64,000 nt of DNA from Alphaproteobacteria bacterium GM202ARS2. GTDB taxonomy: Bacteria > Pseudomonadota > Alphaproteobacteria > GM7ARS4. The DNA is taken from the NCBI GenBank assembly GCA_014323835.1, contig JACONH010000012.1:95363-159362 (forward strand), read 5' to 3'. Made by a program: the position numbers and the translations under genes. Under the pieces are notes generated by a model that did not search any database, was not told the origin of the DNA, and was given only the letters and a program-made list of their open reading frames with translations. The first letter of the stretch is position 1; each line of letters opens with the position of its first letter. Below, in pieces: positions 50,384 through 60,087 of the stretch.

Positions 50384-51568
50384 TCATCGTTTCGGTGAGC
50401 GTGGGGTCGCCTTTACTGTGTCTTTTGTTTTGGTATATTGCTGGTGCAGGCTCTTATGTGTTTGGCGGATAGCCCGTGTTTCTTCCTGTAGGAAGGCTTT
50501 GACGGCTCGGTGCAACCCTTCGTGGTGCATCATGTGGCTACTATAGGTCAGGGTGGGCTCGTAGCCTCGTAGCAATTTGTGTCCGCCTTGTGCGCCAGCT
50601 TCGACGGCGTCTAATCCGTGCTCGATGGCATAGGCGATGGCTTGGTAATAGCACAACTCGAAGTGCACAAACGCGCAATGCCGCGCACAGCCCCAGTAAC
50701 GCCCATACAGACGCTTGCCGTCGCGCACATGTAACGCTCCTGCTTGTAACACGCCTTTGTTATCTCGAGCCGTTGCCATAAGGATGCGCTCAGGCATCGT
50801 CTCCGCCAACAGCGGAAACAGCTGCGCCGTCAAATAAGCATAGCTGCCGTGGTCATCGATGGTTTTGCGGTAAAAGGCATAGAACCGCCGCCAATCCTCG
50901 TCCGTCAGGCTAGCAGGCGACTCCATAGCGATGCGCAGCCCGTGGTTGTGTGCTTTCTCTCGCTCTTTTTTAATCGCCTTGCGCTTGCGAGACGGCAACC
51001 GAGCAAGAAAGTCATCGAAACAGGTATCATCGCGCCGATACCAGTGAAACTGGATGCCAAGCCGAGTCAAATAACCGCTGTTTTCCGCCTCTCGGGCTTG
51101 CTCGGGCGGCAGAAACGTCAGATGCAAGGACGATACCCGCGACGCACTGAAGTCAGCAAGACAACGCAAGATAGGCGCAACCTCGTGGGGCTGGCATGCC
51201 TCCGCCAGTAACAGCCGATTGCCCGCTACCGGCGTAAAGGGCGAAGCAACAAGCCCCTTCGGGTAATAGGCAATGCCCGCCTGATGAGCAGCATGCGCCC
51301 AAGCATGGTCAAAAACAAATTCCCCTTGCGAATGAGCCTTCAGATAAAAAGGAACGCAAGCCTTGAGAACAGGGGGCGTGCCGTGATAAATAAGAAGAGG
51401 ACGAGAACGCCAGCCACTCGTGTTGTCAAGGCAACCGCTCGCCTCCAGAGCACAAAGAAACCCATGACTCGTAAAAGGAGACAACTCACCACCGCACCGC
51501 CGCCACAACGCAGAAGGCACAGCACCCACACAAGAATAGTCACGGACAGTATACATGAGCACAAACAC
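50384..51568 (-). CDS. FemAB-like / BioF2-like GNAT-fold acetyltransferase family protein
   Basis: 394 aa. ...PLLIYHGTPPVLKACVPFYLKAHSQGEFVFDHAWAHAAHQAGIAYYPKGLVASPFTP...LHVRDGKRLYGRYWGC...FELCYYQAIAYAIEHGLDAVEAGAQGGHKL.RGY.P matches the DUF482/FemAB-like family pattern. The start may be the internal M at 51554 to avoid overlap with speE. Confidence 0.6.
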   Translation of the reverse strand: MFVLMYTVRDYSCVGAVPSALWRRCGGELSPFTSHGFLCALEASGCLDNTSGWRSRPLLIYHGTPPVLKACVPFYLKAHSQGEFVFDHAWAHAAHQAGIAYYPKGLVASPFTPVAGNRLLLAEACQPHEVAPILRCLADFSASRVSSLHLTFLPPEQAREAENSGYLTRLGIQFHWYRRDDTCFDDFLARLPSRKRKAIKKEREKAHNHGLRIAMESPASLTDEDWRRFYAFYRKTIDDHGSYAYLTAQLFPLLAETMPERILMATARDNKGVLQAGALHVRDGKRLYGRYWGCARHCAFVHFELCYYQAIAYAIEHGLDAVEAGAQGGHKLLRGYEPTLTYSSHMMHHEGLHRAVKAFLQEETRAIRQTHKSLHQQYTKTKDTVKATPRSPKR

Positions 51569-52442
51569 ACAAACATGGTTCGAAGAACGCCTACACAGCA
51601 GCTTAACGCTGCGCGTGCGTATCGATACGTTACTCTATCAGGAAGAGACCCAGCACCAAAAGATAATCATCTTCGATAATCAGGATATGGGGCGAGTCCT
51701 GGGGCTCGATAACGTGGTGCAGACAACATCAAAAGACGAATACATGTATCACGAAATGTTGGTTCATCCCGCCCTTCTTGCCCGCACATGCTGGCAGCAG
51801 CAACAGAACAACACCGATACGCTGGACGTGCTGATTATCGGCGGCGGCGATGGCGGCTGTGCCCGAGAAGTCCTCAAACACCCCCGCGCCCGAGTCACCA
51901 TGGTCGACATCGATAAACGAGTCATCGACCTGTGCGTCCGCTACCTGCCCGAGCACAGCAACGGCGCTTTCGATGACGAACGCCTAACCCTCATCATCGA
52001 TGACGGCGCCCGCTACGTGCGCGCAAGCCCCCAACAATTCGATGCGGTCATCATCGACTCCACCGACCCCATAGGGCCCGGCAAACAGCTGTTCACACAA
52101 GAGTTCTTCGCCACATGTCAAAGCGTCCTCAAGCAAGGCGGCATCCTTATCAATCAAAATGGCGTGCCTTTTCTGCAGCCCACCATCGCCCAGAGTCACA
52201 AAAATTTCCAAGCTGTTTTTCGCTCCCATACGTTCTATTTTACGTCTGTGCCCACATACGTAGGCGGCGTCATGGCATTCGGCTGGGCATGCGATGACAC
52301 CACCATGCACCAATGGAGCACCCAACACCTCGCCCAAGTCATGCGCACAAGCCAACTAACCACACGCTACTATACGCCAGATGTGGCACACGCCGCTTTC
52401 GTCATGCCACCAGATATCGCAGCAAGCCTAAAAGCTGTATAA
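51555..52442 (+). CDS. speE: polyamine aminopropyltransferase (spermidine synthase)
   Basis: 295 aa. MSTNTQTWFEE.LH......RVRIDTLLYQEETQHQKIIIFDN...G.VL.LD...Q....DE..YHEML.H and VLIIGGGDGGCAREVLKHP...VTMVDIDKRVIDLCVRYLP. Confidence 0.85.
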   Translation: MSTNTQTWFEERLHSSLTLRVRIDTLLYQEETQHQKIIIFDNQDMGRVLGLDNVVQTTSKDEYMYHEMLVHPALLARTCWQQQQNNTDTLDVLIIGGGDGGCAREVLKHPRARVTMVDIDKRVIDLCVRYLPEHSNGAFDDERLTLIIDDGARYVRASPQQFDAVIIDSTDPIGPGKQLFTQEFFATCQSVLKQGGILINQNGVPFLQPTIAQSHKNFQAVFRSHTFYFTSVPTYVGGVMAFGWACDDTTMHQWSTQHLAQVMRTSQLTTRYYTPDVAHAAFVMPPDIAASLKAV

Positions 52443-52463
52443 CACCCCACAAGGAGACCAACC

Positions 52464-52742
52464 ATGACCACCAACACACCCCCAACAGTCGCCCCCATCG
52501 TTGGCGACAAAGCCCAAACCATCGAAGCCGCGGTTTTCCGCCACCTGCTTAAACACTTGGATAGCCGCAAAGACGTCCAGAACATCGACTTGATGAATTT
52601 GGCAGGATTCTGTCGTAATTGTCTGGCAAAATGGTATGTAGAAGCCGCACAACAACAAGGCATCGACATCACATACGAACAAGCACGCACACACATCTAT
52701 GGCATGACGTATCAAGAATGGAAGCAAAACTATCAAAAATAA
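52464..52742 (+). CDS. DUF1244 family protein
   Basis: 92 aa. ...AAVFRHLLKHLDSRKDVQNIDLMNLAGFCRNCLAKWY... carries the conserved DUF1244 core, as recalled from alphaproteobacterial annotations. Confidence 0.7.
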   Translation: MTTNTPPTVAPIVGDKAQTIEAAVFRHLLKHLDSRKDVQNIDLMNLAGFCRNCLAKWYVEAAQQQGIDITYEQARTHIYGMTYQEWKQNYQK

Positions 52743-53644
52743 CAACGTCCCACAGCGACGGCTTAAGCTTCGTCAAAATGCACGGACTCGGTAATGACTT
52801 CGTCATTATGGATGGACGTGTGGGCCCCGGGGCGGCTGCCAGCACTCGCGCCTTGTTGCCGTCATTCGTCCGAGCCGTCGCCAATAGACGCTGGGGAGTC
52901 GGCTGCGACCAACTCATCGTCCTCAGAGACGGACAACCGGGCCTCGCCGACATCTTCATGGAAATTTACAATGCCGATGGTGGCAACGCCAAAATGTGCG
53001 GTAATGCCGCCCGCTGTGTCGGTGCACTGCTGTTCCAGCAAGACGGCAAACACCACCACGTCATTGAAACCGACAGCGGTCTACTAGACACCGAATACTT
53101 AGAGGATGGACGCGTGCGAGTCGATATGGGACGCGCCCGCTTCGATTGGCGAGACATCCCCCTACGGGACGCACACGACACCAACGCCGTGCCCGTCGCC
53201 GTCAACGGTCTCGACCTACCCACAGGAGTCGCCGTCAGTATGGGTAACCCCCACCTCATCCTTTTCGTTGAAGACTGCCAGCTGCTCCCCCTCGATGTCA
53301 TTGGTCGCAGCCTCGGTAGCAACCCCCTCTTTCCCGAAGGCATTAACATCGGCTTGGCACAATGCCTATCGAAGACGCACCTGCACCTACGCACATGGGA
53401 GCGCGGCAGCGGCGCAACCCTCGCATGCGGCACCAACGCCTGTGCCGCCGCCGTCGCCGCCTGCCGTAGAAACCTCACCGACCGCAACGTCCACGTCACC
53501 ATGGACGGCGGCACCCTCGACATCGAGTGGCTCGCTGACGACCACGTCATGATGACCGGCAACACCGCTATCAGCTACAAAGGTATCATCCCACAAGACC
53601 AAGCCCGCGCCTGGCAAGCCCCCCCATCCCCGCCCCCATCATGA
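52717..53644 (+). CDS. dapF: diaminopimelate epimerase
   Basis: LSFVKMHGLGNDFVIMDGR... (compare E. coli MQFSKMHGLGNDFMVVD) with active-site cysteines in ...NADGGNAKMCGNAARCVGAL... and ...GSGATLACGTNACAAA... Start ambiguous: the ATG at 52717 overlaps the DUF1244 gene by 26 nt, and the ATG at 52777 is the alternative. Confidence 0.85.
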
Positions 53645-54990
53645 CTCACCCGACCGACACCCCCCCCAACACCCCCGCTCCCCCCGTGGTTATTACGCTC
53701 GGTTGTCGCCTCAACTTTTACGAAAGCGCGCTCATCGACCAACACGCCCGCGACGCCAAGCTCACCGACCACGTCTTCGTCCATAGCTGTGCCGTGACCG
53801 CAGAAGCGGTGCGACAATCACGCCAAGCCGTCCGCCGAGCACGCAAACAATACCCGCACGCACGCCTGATTGTCACTGGCTGTGCCGCCCACATCCACAG
53901 CGAGACATTCGCCGCCATGGACGAAGTAGACGACGTTATCGACAACACCCTGAAACTCAACAAACAGGTCTATCAACGCCTCCAGCAACAACAAGAAACC
54001 TCCGCCTCAAAGCCCACACCCGCACACATCTGGCACGGCGACTCCCAAGAGCTAAGCACACCAGAGGATACGTCCCACCCTATATTGCGGGATTTCTTTG
54101 GCCGCACCCGCGGCTTCGTCTCGGTGCAGGAGGGATGCGACCACACCTGCACGTTTTGTATTATCCCGCAAGGGCGCGGCGCACACCGAAGCGTCAGCCC
54201 ACAAGAAGTCGCAAGACGCTGTCAAGGACTCATCGCCCAAGGCTGCCAAGAAATTGTCTTGAGCGGCGTCGATATCGCCTCGTGGGGACAAGAGTGGCAC
54301 GGCTCGCTGGGCGACCTCGTTGCCTTTTTGCTCCAGCACCTAAAAGACTTGCCCCTTCCCCGTCCCCTTCCTCGTCCCCTTCCTCGTCTACGTCTGTCGT
54401 CCCTCGATCCCGCCCGAGTCGATGACACCTTGCTCGATTGCTTCGCTGGCGATGAACGCATGATGCCCGTCATGCACCTCAGCGTGCAGTCGGGCGATGA
54501 TCTGATTCTCAAACGCATGAAACGCCGCCACAGTCGCGGCGATGTGTTACGCCTCTGCCAGCGACTACGCTCGCGCCGCCCCAACATGATCTTCGGCGCC
54601 GATATGATAGCCGGCTTTCCCACCGAAGACGACCAGATGCACCGCAATTCCTGTCGCCTGCTAGAAGAAGCCGGGCTGGTTCTCAATCACATTTTTCCCT
54701 ATTCGCCCCGCGAGGGCACGCCCGCAGCCCGTATGCCGATGGTGCCCCCTTCGACACGCAAAGCACGAGCCGCACGCCTACGCCGCTATAGCCAAGCCCT
54801 CCTGCACGACACCCTCGACTCCTTTATCAACAAACAAGTAGACGTTTTGGTCGAAGACGGACAAAAAGGTATCGGACGCAGCGAACACGCCTTGCCCGTC
54901 CACTTCCCGCCCAACCCACACTGGCACGGCAGACGACCCATGACCATCCTCAGCCACCAACAAGGTATACTCCAAGCGACAACACCATGA
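53641..54990 (+). CDS. mtaB: radical-SAM methylthiotransferase, MtaB-like (tRNA ms2t6A37)
   Basis: 449 aa. N-terminal MTTase domain (VVITLGCRLNFYES), radical-SAM CxxxCxxC (CDHTCTFCIIPQGRG) and a TRAM-like C-terminus. The dapF-mtaB adjacency is typical of alphaproteobacteria. Confidence 0.75.
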   Translation: MTHPTDTPPNTPAPPVVITLGCRLNFYESALIDQHARDAKLTDHVFVHSCAVTAEAVRQSRQAVRRARKQYPHARLIVTGCAAHIHSETFAAMDEVDDVIDNTLKLNKQVYQRLQQQQETSASKPTPAHIWHGDSQELSTPEDTSHPILRDFFGRTRGFVSVQEGCDHTCTFCIIPQGRGAHRSVSPQEVARRCQGLIAQGCQEIVLSGVDIASWGQEWHGSLGDLVAFLLQHLKDLPLPRPLPRPLPRLRLSSLDPARVDDTLLDCFAGDERMMPVMHLSVQSGDDLILKRMKRRHSRGDVLRLCQRLRSRRPNMIFGADMIAGFPTEDDQMHRNSCRLLEEAGLVLNHIFPYSPREGTPAARMPMVPPSTRKARAARLRRYSQALLHDTLDSFINKQVDVLVEDGQKGIGRSEHALPVHFPPNPHWHGRRPMTILSHQQGILQATTP

Positions 54991-55220
54991 TGAAACCCCA
55001 TCCCCACTCTTTACACGAATCGCCCTTCGATACGCAGTCCACCGCCCACGACAGTGTGCGTGAAGACATCGTCTACGTCGATGCCACCACCACGACAGTA
55101 TCCTGTGCTGGCGAAGGGGTGCGCAACGGCGGACACCCAAGAGTCTACTTGCCCCTAAAAAAAGACAAAGGCTACGTGATTTGCCCCTACTGCCACCGAC
55201 GCTTCGTCCTGAAAGACTGA
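54987..55220 (+). CDS. zinc-finger (zf-CHCC type) domain protein
   Basis: 77 aa ending ...GHPRVYLPLKKDKGYVICPYCHRRFVLKD, the CHCC zinc-finger signature. ATGA overlap with mtaB. Confidence 0.6.
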   Translation: MMKPHPHSLHESPFDTQSTAHDSVREDIVYVDATTTTVSCAGEGVRNGGHPRVYLPLKKDKGYVICPYCHRRFVLKD

Positions 55221-55233
55221 TAGAGATTGACGG

Positions 55234-57984
55234 ATGGATAAACTCATTCTCGTGGATGGCTCAGGCTACATTTTCAGAGCCTTCTATGCCCTGCCGATGA
55301 TGAATCGCAGCGATGGCTTGCCCGTCAATGCCATTTATGGCTTCACCCGTATGCTCCTCAACATTGTCGAAAACGAGCAATCCCTCCCCGGCAACGAAAA
55401 TATATCAGTGGGCATCGGCATCATCTTCGATTGCAAACGACAAAACTTCCGCAACGACATCTATGCCGACTATAAAGCCAACCGACAAGAACCACCAAAA
55501 GAACTGATACCGCAGTTCGACTGGATCAAAAAAGTGCCACAAGCCTTCAACCTTGTCGCTATGGAAAAAGAAGGATTCGAAGCGGACGACATCATCGCAA
55601 CCTACGCTCGCCTCGCCCGCAAACAAAACGTCCCCGTTACAGTCTACTCCTCCGATAAAGACCTCATGCAACTGGTGGGCGATGGACTCGTGCTGTTCGA
55701 CCCCGTCAAAAACCAAGAAGTCGGCGTGCAAGGAGTCATCAATAAATTTGGCGTTGTGCCAGAAAAAGTCCTCGATGTGATGGCGCTCGCCGGCGATAGC
55801 TCGGATAACATCCCGGGCGTGCCAGGTATCGGCGTCAAAACCGCCGCCCAACTCATCGATACCTTTGGAGACCTCGATACGCTGCTGGCTCAGGCAGGTG
55901 ACGCCATCAAACAACCCAAACGGCGAGAAGCCCTCGTTGACTATGCCGACCAAGCCCGCCTATCACGAGAACTGGCACGCCTGAAAGACGACGTGAAACT
56001 CGATAACGACCTGTCCACCTTCGCCTTTAAGCCCCTCGATGTGACACGCCTGCTCACATTCTTGCAGACCCTAGAATTCTCTCGCATCATCACCGAAGTG
56101 AAAGAACGCTTTCATAGCCCCCTAACGCAAGACAGTATCTTTCAGCAAGGACAACTGGACTTCCCCGCAGACACAGGCGAATCCGCCAACCCCAGCGACT
56201 CCTCCACCTTTAAGGTGGAAACCCTAGACGCCGACGCACCCGCACAAGCCCTACAGACGTGGGTCACACAAGCCCAAGCCCGCGGACTATGCAGCTTGTT
56301 ATGGGTCGAAGAGAACGATACCACACCAGCATCGCTGTTGTTGGGCTTGCCGCCCGCAGTAAACAACGGACAAGCAACATGTGTCCTTATGACCATACCA
56401 GCCGATAAGCCCCCCCATAATCTTAAATGGTGGTCGGCATTGCAGGCTTTATGGGTCGATAACACCGTGCGTAAAGTCGTCCACGATATCAAAGCATGGC
56501 ATAAAAGGCTCAACCTTAAAGTTGACGAGGAGGGAGGGCTTGGGGGGCTGGTTGCCTGTGAGGATATCATGTTGCTCGCCTATAGTGCTGAGGGCGGGCA
56601 TTTACAGCATGATTGGCTGTCTATATGGCGGCGGATGCACTTGTCCTTAGGGTTGGGCGATGTGTCTACGTCGGAAGAGCCTACGTATCAGGCGATGGCG
56701 TTGCTGAAGATTTACCAACATCTCTGTAGCCTAGCCATAGAGCGCGGCGTGTATGCCTTATACCGCACCGTCGAGCGTCCTCTTGTCGAAGTATTGGCGC
56801 GCATGGAACGCACCGGCATGGCGATTGACCGAGCCTACTTAGGCAAACTCAGCGATGATTTTGCCGAGCGTCAGCAGACAATCGAATCGTCCATTTTTGA
56901 AGATGTCGGTCACGAGTTTGCCATAGGGTCATCGCAACAGTTAGCACGAGTATTGTTCGAAGAGCTCAACCTTCCCGCTGGCAAGCGCGGCAAAAGTGGC
57001 GCGTATTCCACCGATTCCAGTGTCCTCGATGATTTATCGGCACAAGGGCATCTGTTGGCAGATAAAGTATTGGGGTGGCGGCGACTGGCGAAACTACGCA
57101 ACACGTATACGGAGGCTTTGCCGCGCTACGTGGATGACGAAGGGCGGGTGCATAGCCATTTTGCTCAAACAGTGGCGAACACCGGGCGTTTGTCGTCAGC
57201 AGAACCCAACGTGCAGAACATTCCCATACGCAGAGAAGAAGGGCAAGCCATCCGCCGCGCCTTTACGGCAGACAAAGGATGGTGTGTGCTCAGTGCCGAT
57301 TATTCCCAGATAGAGCTGCGGTTGTTGGCTCATATTGCCGATGTGACGGCACTGAAACAGGCGTTTGCCGATGGCGTGGACATTCACCGCCGCACTGCTG
57401 CTGACATTTTCGCTATGAAAGAAGCGGACGTGGACAAAGACAAAAGACGGCGGGCAAAAGCCATTAACTTTGGTATCATCTATGGCATCAGTGCTTTTGG
57501 CTTGGCGCGCCAGCTGAAAATCGACCAGAGCGACGCACAAGTCGCCATCGATGCCTTCTTTCGAGTCTACCCGCAAGTCAAAACCTATATGCACGACACC
57601 ATCGAGCAGTGTCGCCAGAACGGCTACGTGCAAACGCTTTTTGGTCGCCGTTGCTTTATGCCGTCCATCAAAGACCCGAATGCGGCGCGCCGCCACTTTG
57701 CCGAAAGAGCCGCCATCAACGCCCCCATCCAAGGCAGTGCCGCTGACCTGATGAAGCGCGCCATGATACGCATCGATGACAAACTACGCACGCCACAGAC
57801 AGACTGCCGTATGCTCTTGCAGGTGCATGATGAACTCGTCTTCGAAGTCAAACGCGCCGCCGTAGACGAATGGGCAAAGACCATCGCCACAATCATGGAA
57901 CAAGCCCACTTGCCCGCCAAACCGATGGATGTCGCTTTGGTGGTCGATACCGGTTGGGGCGACAACTGGGCGGAAGCACACTGA
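55234..57984 (+). CDS. polA: DNA polymerase I
   Basis: 916 aa. 5'-nuclease N-terminus MDKLILVDGSGYIFRAFYALP and polymerase motifs A (DYSQIELR), B (RRRAKAINFGIIYGIS) and C (QVHDELVFEV). Confidence 0.95.
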   Translation: MDKLILVDGSGYIFRAFYALPMMNRSDGLPVNAIYGFTRMLLNIVENEQSLPGNENISVGIGIIFDCKRQNFRNDIYADYKANRQEPPKELIPQFDWIKKVPQAFNLVAMEKEGFEADDIIATYARLARKQNVPVTVYSSDKDLMQLVGDGLVLFDPVKNQEVGVQGVINKFGVVPEKVLDVMALAGDSSDNIPGVPGIGVKTAAQLIDTFGDLDTLLAQAGDAIKQPKRREALVDYADQARLSRELARLKDDVKLDNDLSTFAFKPLDVTRLLTFLQTLEFSRIITEVKERFHSPLTQDSIFQQGQLDFPADTGESANPSDSSTFKVETLDADAPAQALQTWVTQAQARGLCSLLWVEENDTTPASLLLGLPPAVNNGQATCVLMTIPADKPPHNLKWWSALQALWVDNTVRKVVHDIKAWHKRLNLKVDEEGGLGGLVACEDIMLLAYSAEGGHLQHDWLSIWRRMHLSLGLGDVSTSEEPTYQAMALLKIYQHLCSLAIERGVYALYRTVERPLVEVLARMERTGMAIDRAYLGKLSDDFAERQQTIESSIFEDVGHEFAIGSSQQLARVLFEELNLPAGKRGKSGAYSTDSSVLDDLSAQGHLLADKVLGWRRLAKLRNTYTEALPRYVDDEGRVHSHFAQTVANTGRLSSAEPNVQNIPIRREEGQAIRRAFTADKGWCVLSADYSQIELRLLAHIADVTALKQAFADGVDIHRRTAADIFAMKEADVDKDKRRRAKAINFGIIYGISAFGLARQLKIDQSDAQVAIDAFFRVYPQVKTYMHDTIEQCRQNGYVQTLFGRRCFMPSIKDPNAARRHFAERAAINAPIQGSAADLMKRAMIRIDDKLRTPQTDCRMLLQVHDELVFEVKRAAVDEWAKTIATIMEQAHLPAKPMDVALVVDTGWGDNWAEAH

Positions 57985-58094
57985 AGCCCACTGAACCCAC
58001 GAAAAAAGGGACACACGTGGACGCGTTACGGGCATTGCTTTTATGGACGTTTGTTCTTAAATTAGAGGCGGGGCAATCTAGGGAGTTTAATGTG

Positions 58095-58814
58095 ATGAAA
58101 AAGCTATTCTGTTTGGCAGCCGTGTTTGCTGTGTTGCTGGGGGCGACTCCAGCTGCCGCGGCTGAGTCGATTTCTGTTGTGGAGCTGTTCACCTCGCAAG
58201 GCTGTAGCTCGTGTCCGCCCGCTGATAAGGTGTTACGGCAGCTGAGCAAACGCCGCGATGTGATTGCTCTTGCCCACCACGTGGATTACTGGAACTACAT
58301 TGGCTGGGAGGATCCCTTTTCGTCGAAAGAAGCCAGTGCCAGACAGAGACGCTATGCCCGTATCCTCTCCAACTGGAGCCCCTATACGCCACAAGTGGTG
58401 GTGGATGGGCGACACGATGTCGCGGGCTTCAAGCGTTCCGCCATTCTACAGCGTATCAGCAACTCGTTGCAGGAAGGGGACGTGCAGGTGCTGAAAGTGG
58501 AACACAGCAGCGATGGCTCGGAGTCCCGTGTGATGTTGCCCCCCCTCAGGGACGGCTACGTGATGTGGCGGATAGATTACGACCGCCGCCACGAAACCGA
58601 AGTGGAGCGGGGCGAAAATGCCGGCAGAAGCCTCATTAACGCCAACGTGGTGCGAGACATGGCACAAATCAGCGACAGCGACCGAGCCCTAGGCGAAGTC
58701 ATCATCGATAAAGACTCGCTACAAGCACAAGGACGCGGCGGCGCGGTGGTGCTCGTCCAGCAAGGACGCGTCGGCCCCATCATTGCCGCCGGCCACGTGC
58801 GAGTCACGCCGTAA
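58095..58814 (+). CDS. DUF1223 family secreted thioredoxin-like protein
   Basis: Start at ATG 58095 (MKKLFCLAAVFAVLLGATPAAAAE, a signal peptide), preceded by GGGAG. Conserved VVELFTSQGCSSCPPAD...HVDYWNYIGWEDPF motif. Confidence 0.7.
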   Translation: MKKLFCLAAVFAVLLGATPAAAAESISVVELFTSQGCSSCPPADKVLRQLSKRRDVIALAHHVDYWNYIGWEDPFSSKEASARQRRYARILSNWSPYTPQVVVDGRHDVAGFKRSAILQRISNSLQEGDVQVLKVEHSSDGSESRVMLPPLRDGYVMWRIDYDRRHETEVERGENAGRSLINANVVRDMAQISDSDRALGEVIIDKDSLQAQGRGGAVVLVQQGRVGPIIAAGHVRVTP

Positions 58815-58838
58815 ATATACGGGAATATACGGGGGATG

Positions 58839-58914
58839 TGGTGCCCAGGGGAGGAATCGAACCACCGACACGACGCTCTTCAGGCGACTGCTCTACCGAC
58901 TGAGCTACCTGGGC
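58839..58914 (-). tRNA. tRNA-Phe (anticodon GAA), CCA encoded
   Basis: Reverse complement folds as GCCCAGG-TA-GCTCAGTCGGTAGAGC-A-GTCGC-CTGAAGA-GCGTC-GTGTC-GGTGG-TTCGATT-CCTCC-CCTGGGC-A-CCA. The anticodon and T stems each contain one U.U mismatch. Confidence 0.8.
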
Positions 58915-58954
58915 ACAAAGACATCTCGTATATAACGGATACAAAGCCTCTTGT

Positions 58955-59572
58955 CTATCGTCTACGTTGTTTGTTGGGGGGGTGCGGGGTCAATAGCTCT
59001 TGCGGATCCACGCCGGCGGATATCAGCAGTTCCCTGGTATGCCAAAGGGGCAAGCCAAGAGCACTCGACCACGAGCCATTCATGGCACGGACAAAGACTC
59101 CTGCTGCCCCCGCCAAGTCCAGCCCCGCAGCCCTTTTCTGCCACGCATTGCTGGCAATATAGGCGGCACGTGCCTCCTCACCCAGTCGACCAAACTTCAG
59201 CCACGTGGTCTGGTGCGTTACCGACACCCTGTCGGGCATGATAAGGCACAATGCCGTTGTGATGGTGAATCGCCGTCCGTCAAAGCAGGCAAGCATCGAG
59301 GCTGCCTGTTCGGCAGTCTCAGGAGTCGTGAAGAGCTGTCTTTGCCGCGCCACAACCGTATCCGCCGCCAAAATAAACGCCCCCTTGCTGTCTTTCAGGC
59401 TAGCCACCGCATCCGCCTTACGCCGCGCCCACAAGCGCGCCACCTTCGACGCCGTGCCCACCTCAGGATACGACTCAACAACAGAAGGCACCACCACACG
59501 GAAATGCGGAATCACCTGCCTCAGCAGAGATGCCCGAGACGATGACGATGAAGCAAGAATAAAGTTACGCAC
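58955..59572 (-). CDS. maf: Maf-like nucleoside triphosphate pyrophosphatase (septum formation protein Maf)
   Basis: Conserved Maf core FILASSSSSRASLLRQ.GIPF.VV.S.V.E...ILAADTVV.....L.KP....A..ML...GR.H.V.T.....FVR..NGSWSSALGLPL. Start trimmed to the GTG at 59572 (VRNFILASS...). The 235-aa ORF-track version adds a W/G-rich leader with no support. Confidence 0.7.
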   Translation of the reverse strand: MRNFILASSSSSRASLLRQVIPHFRVVVPSVVESYPEVGTASKVARLWARRKADAVASLKDSKGAFILAADTVVARQRQLFTTPETAEQAASMLACFDGRRFTITTALCLIMPDRVSVTHQTTWLKFGRLGEEARAAYIASNAWQKRAAGLDLAGAAGVFVRAMNGSWSSALGLPLWHTRELLISAGVDPQELLTPHPPNKQRRR

Positions 59573-59671
59573 AGCAAATAACGCAGATAAAACCCTAGAC
59601 ACAAAAACTATAAACACACACCAGCACAAAAGCCACCCCCCCCATCCCCCCCACCGATACAAACCGATACA

Positions 59672-60030
59672 AATGTTTCTCGTGAAACATTGCTTTTTTT
59701 TCTATCCTCTTATTTTTTTCTTTTCTGTTAAAAATCATCGTGTTATAGCGTTTTACCCTGTTTCTTCCTCCCGCGATGTTTCACGTGAAACAATTCTTTT
59801 TTTTTGCATCGACTTGTTTTTTTCTTTTCTGTTGAAAATCATAGCGTTATAGCGTTTTACCCCGTTACCCTCGCGATGTTTCACGTGAAACAATTCCTTT
59901 TTTTTGCATCGACTTATTTTTTCTCTTTTTGTTAAAAAATCATAGCGTTATAGCGTTTTGCCCCGTTACCCTCGCGATGTTTCACGTGAAACAATTCCTA
60001 TCCTGTCGATGTTTCTCGTGAAACAATTCC
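59672..60030. repeat. intergenic tandem repeat array (about 100-bp unit, ~3.5 copies) carrying the 16-bp palindrome TGTTTCACGTGAAACA
   Basis: The palindrome or a 1-mismatch variant (TGTTTCtCGTGAAACA) starts at 59674, 59778, 59878, 59978 and 60010. Each unit also contains ATAGCGTTATAGCGTT and long T-runs. The array lies between the 3' end of infA and the 5' end of maf. Confidence 0.8.
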
Positions 60031-60087
60031 TTTTTTTATCGCAGGTATACTATGCTATCTCTTTGTTTTATCTCTCTATATTGGTGT

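Noticed and set aside
59672-60030. Possible CRISPR array (regularly spaced repeats)
   Set aside because: The repeating unit is about 100 bp and the copies are near-identical end to end. There are no unique spacers between short repeats and no cas genes nearby. It is a plain tandem repeat.
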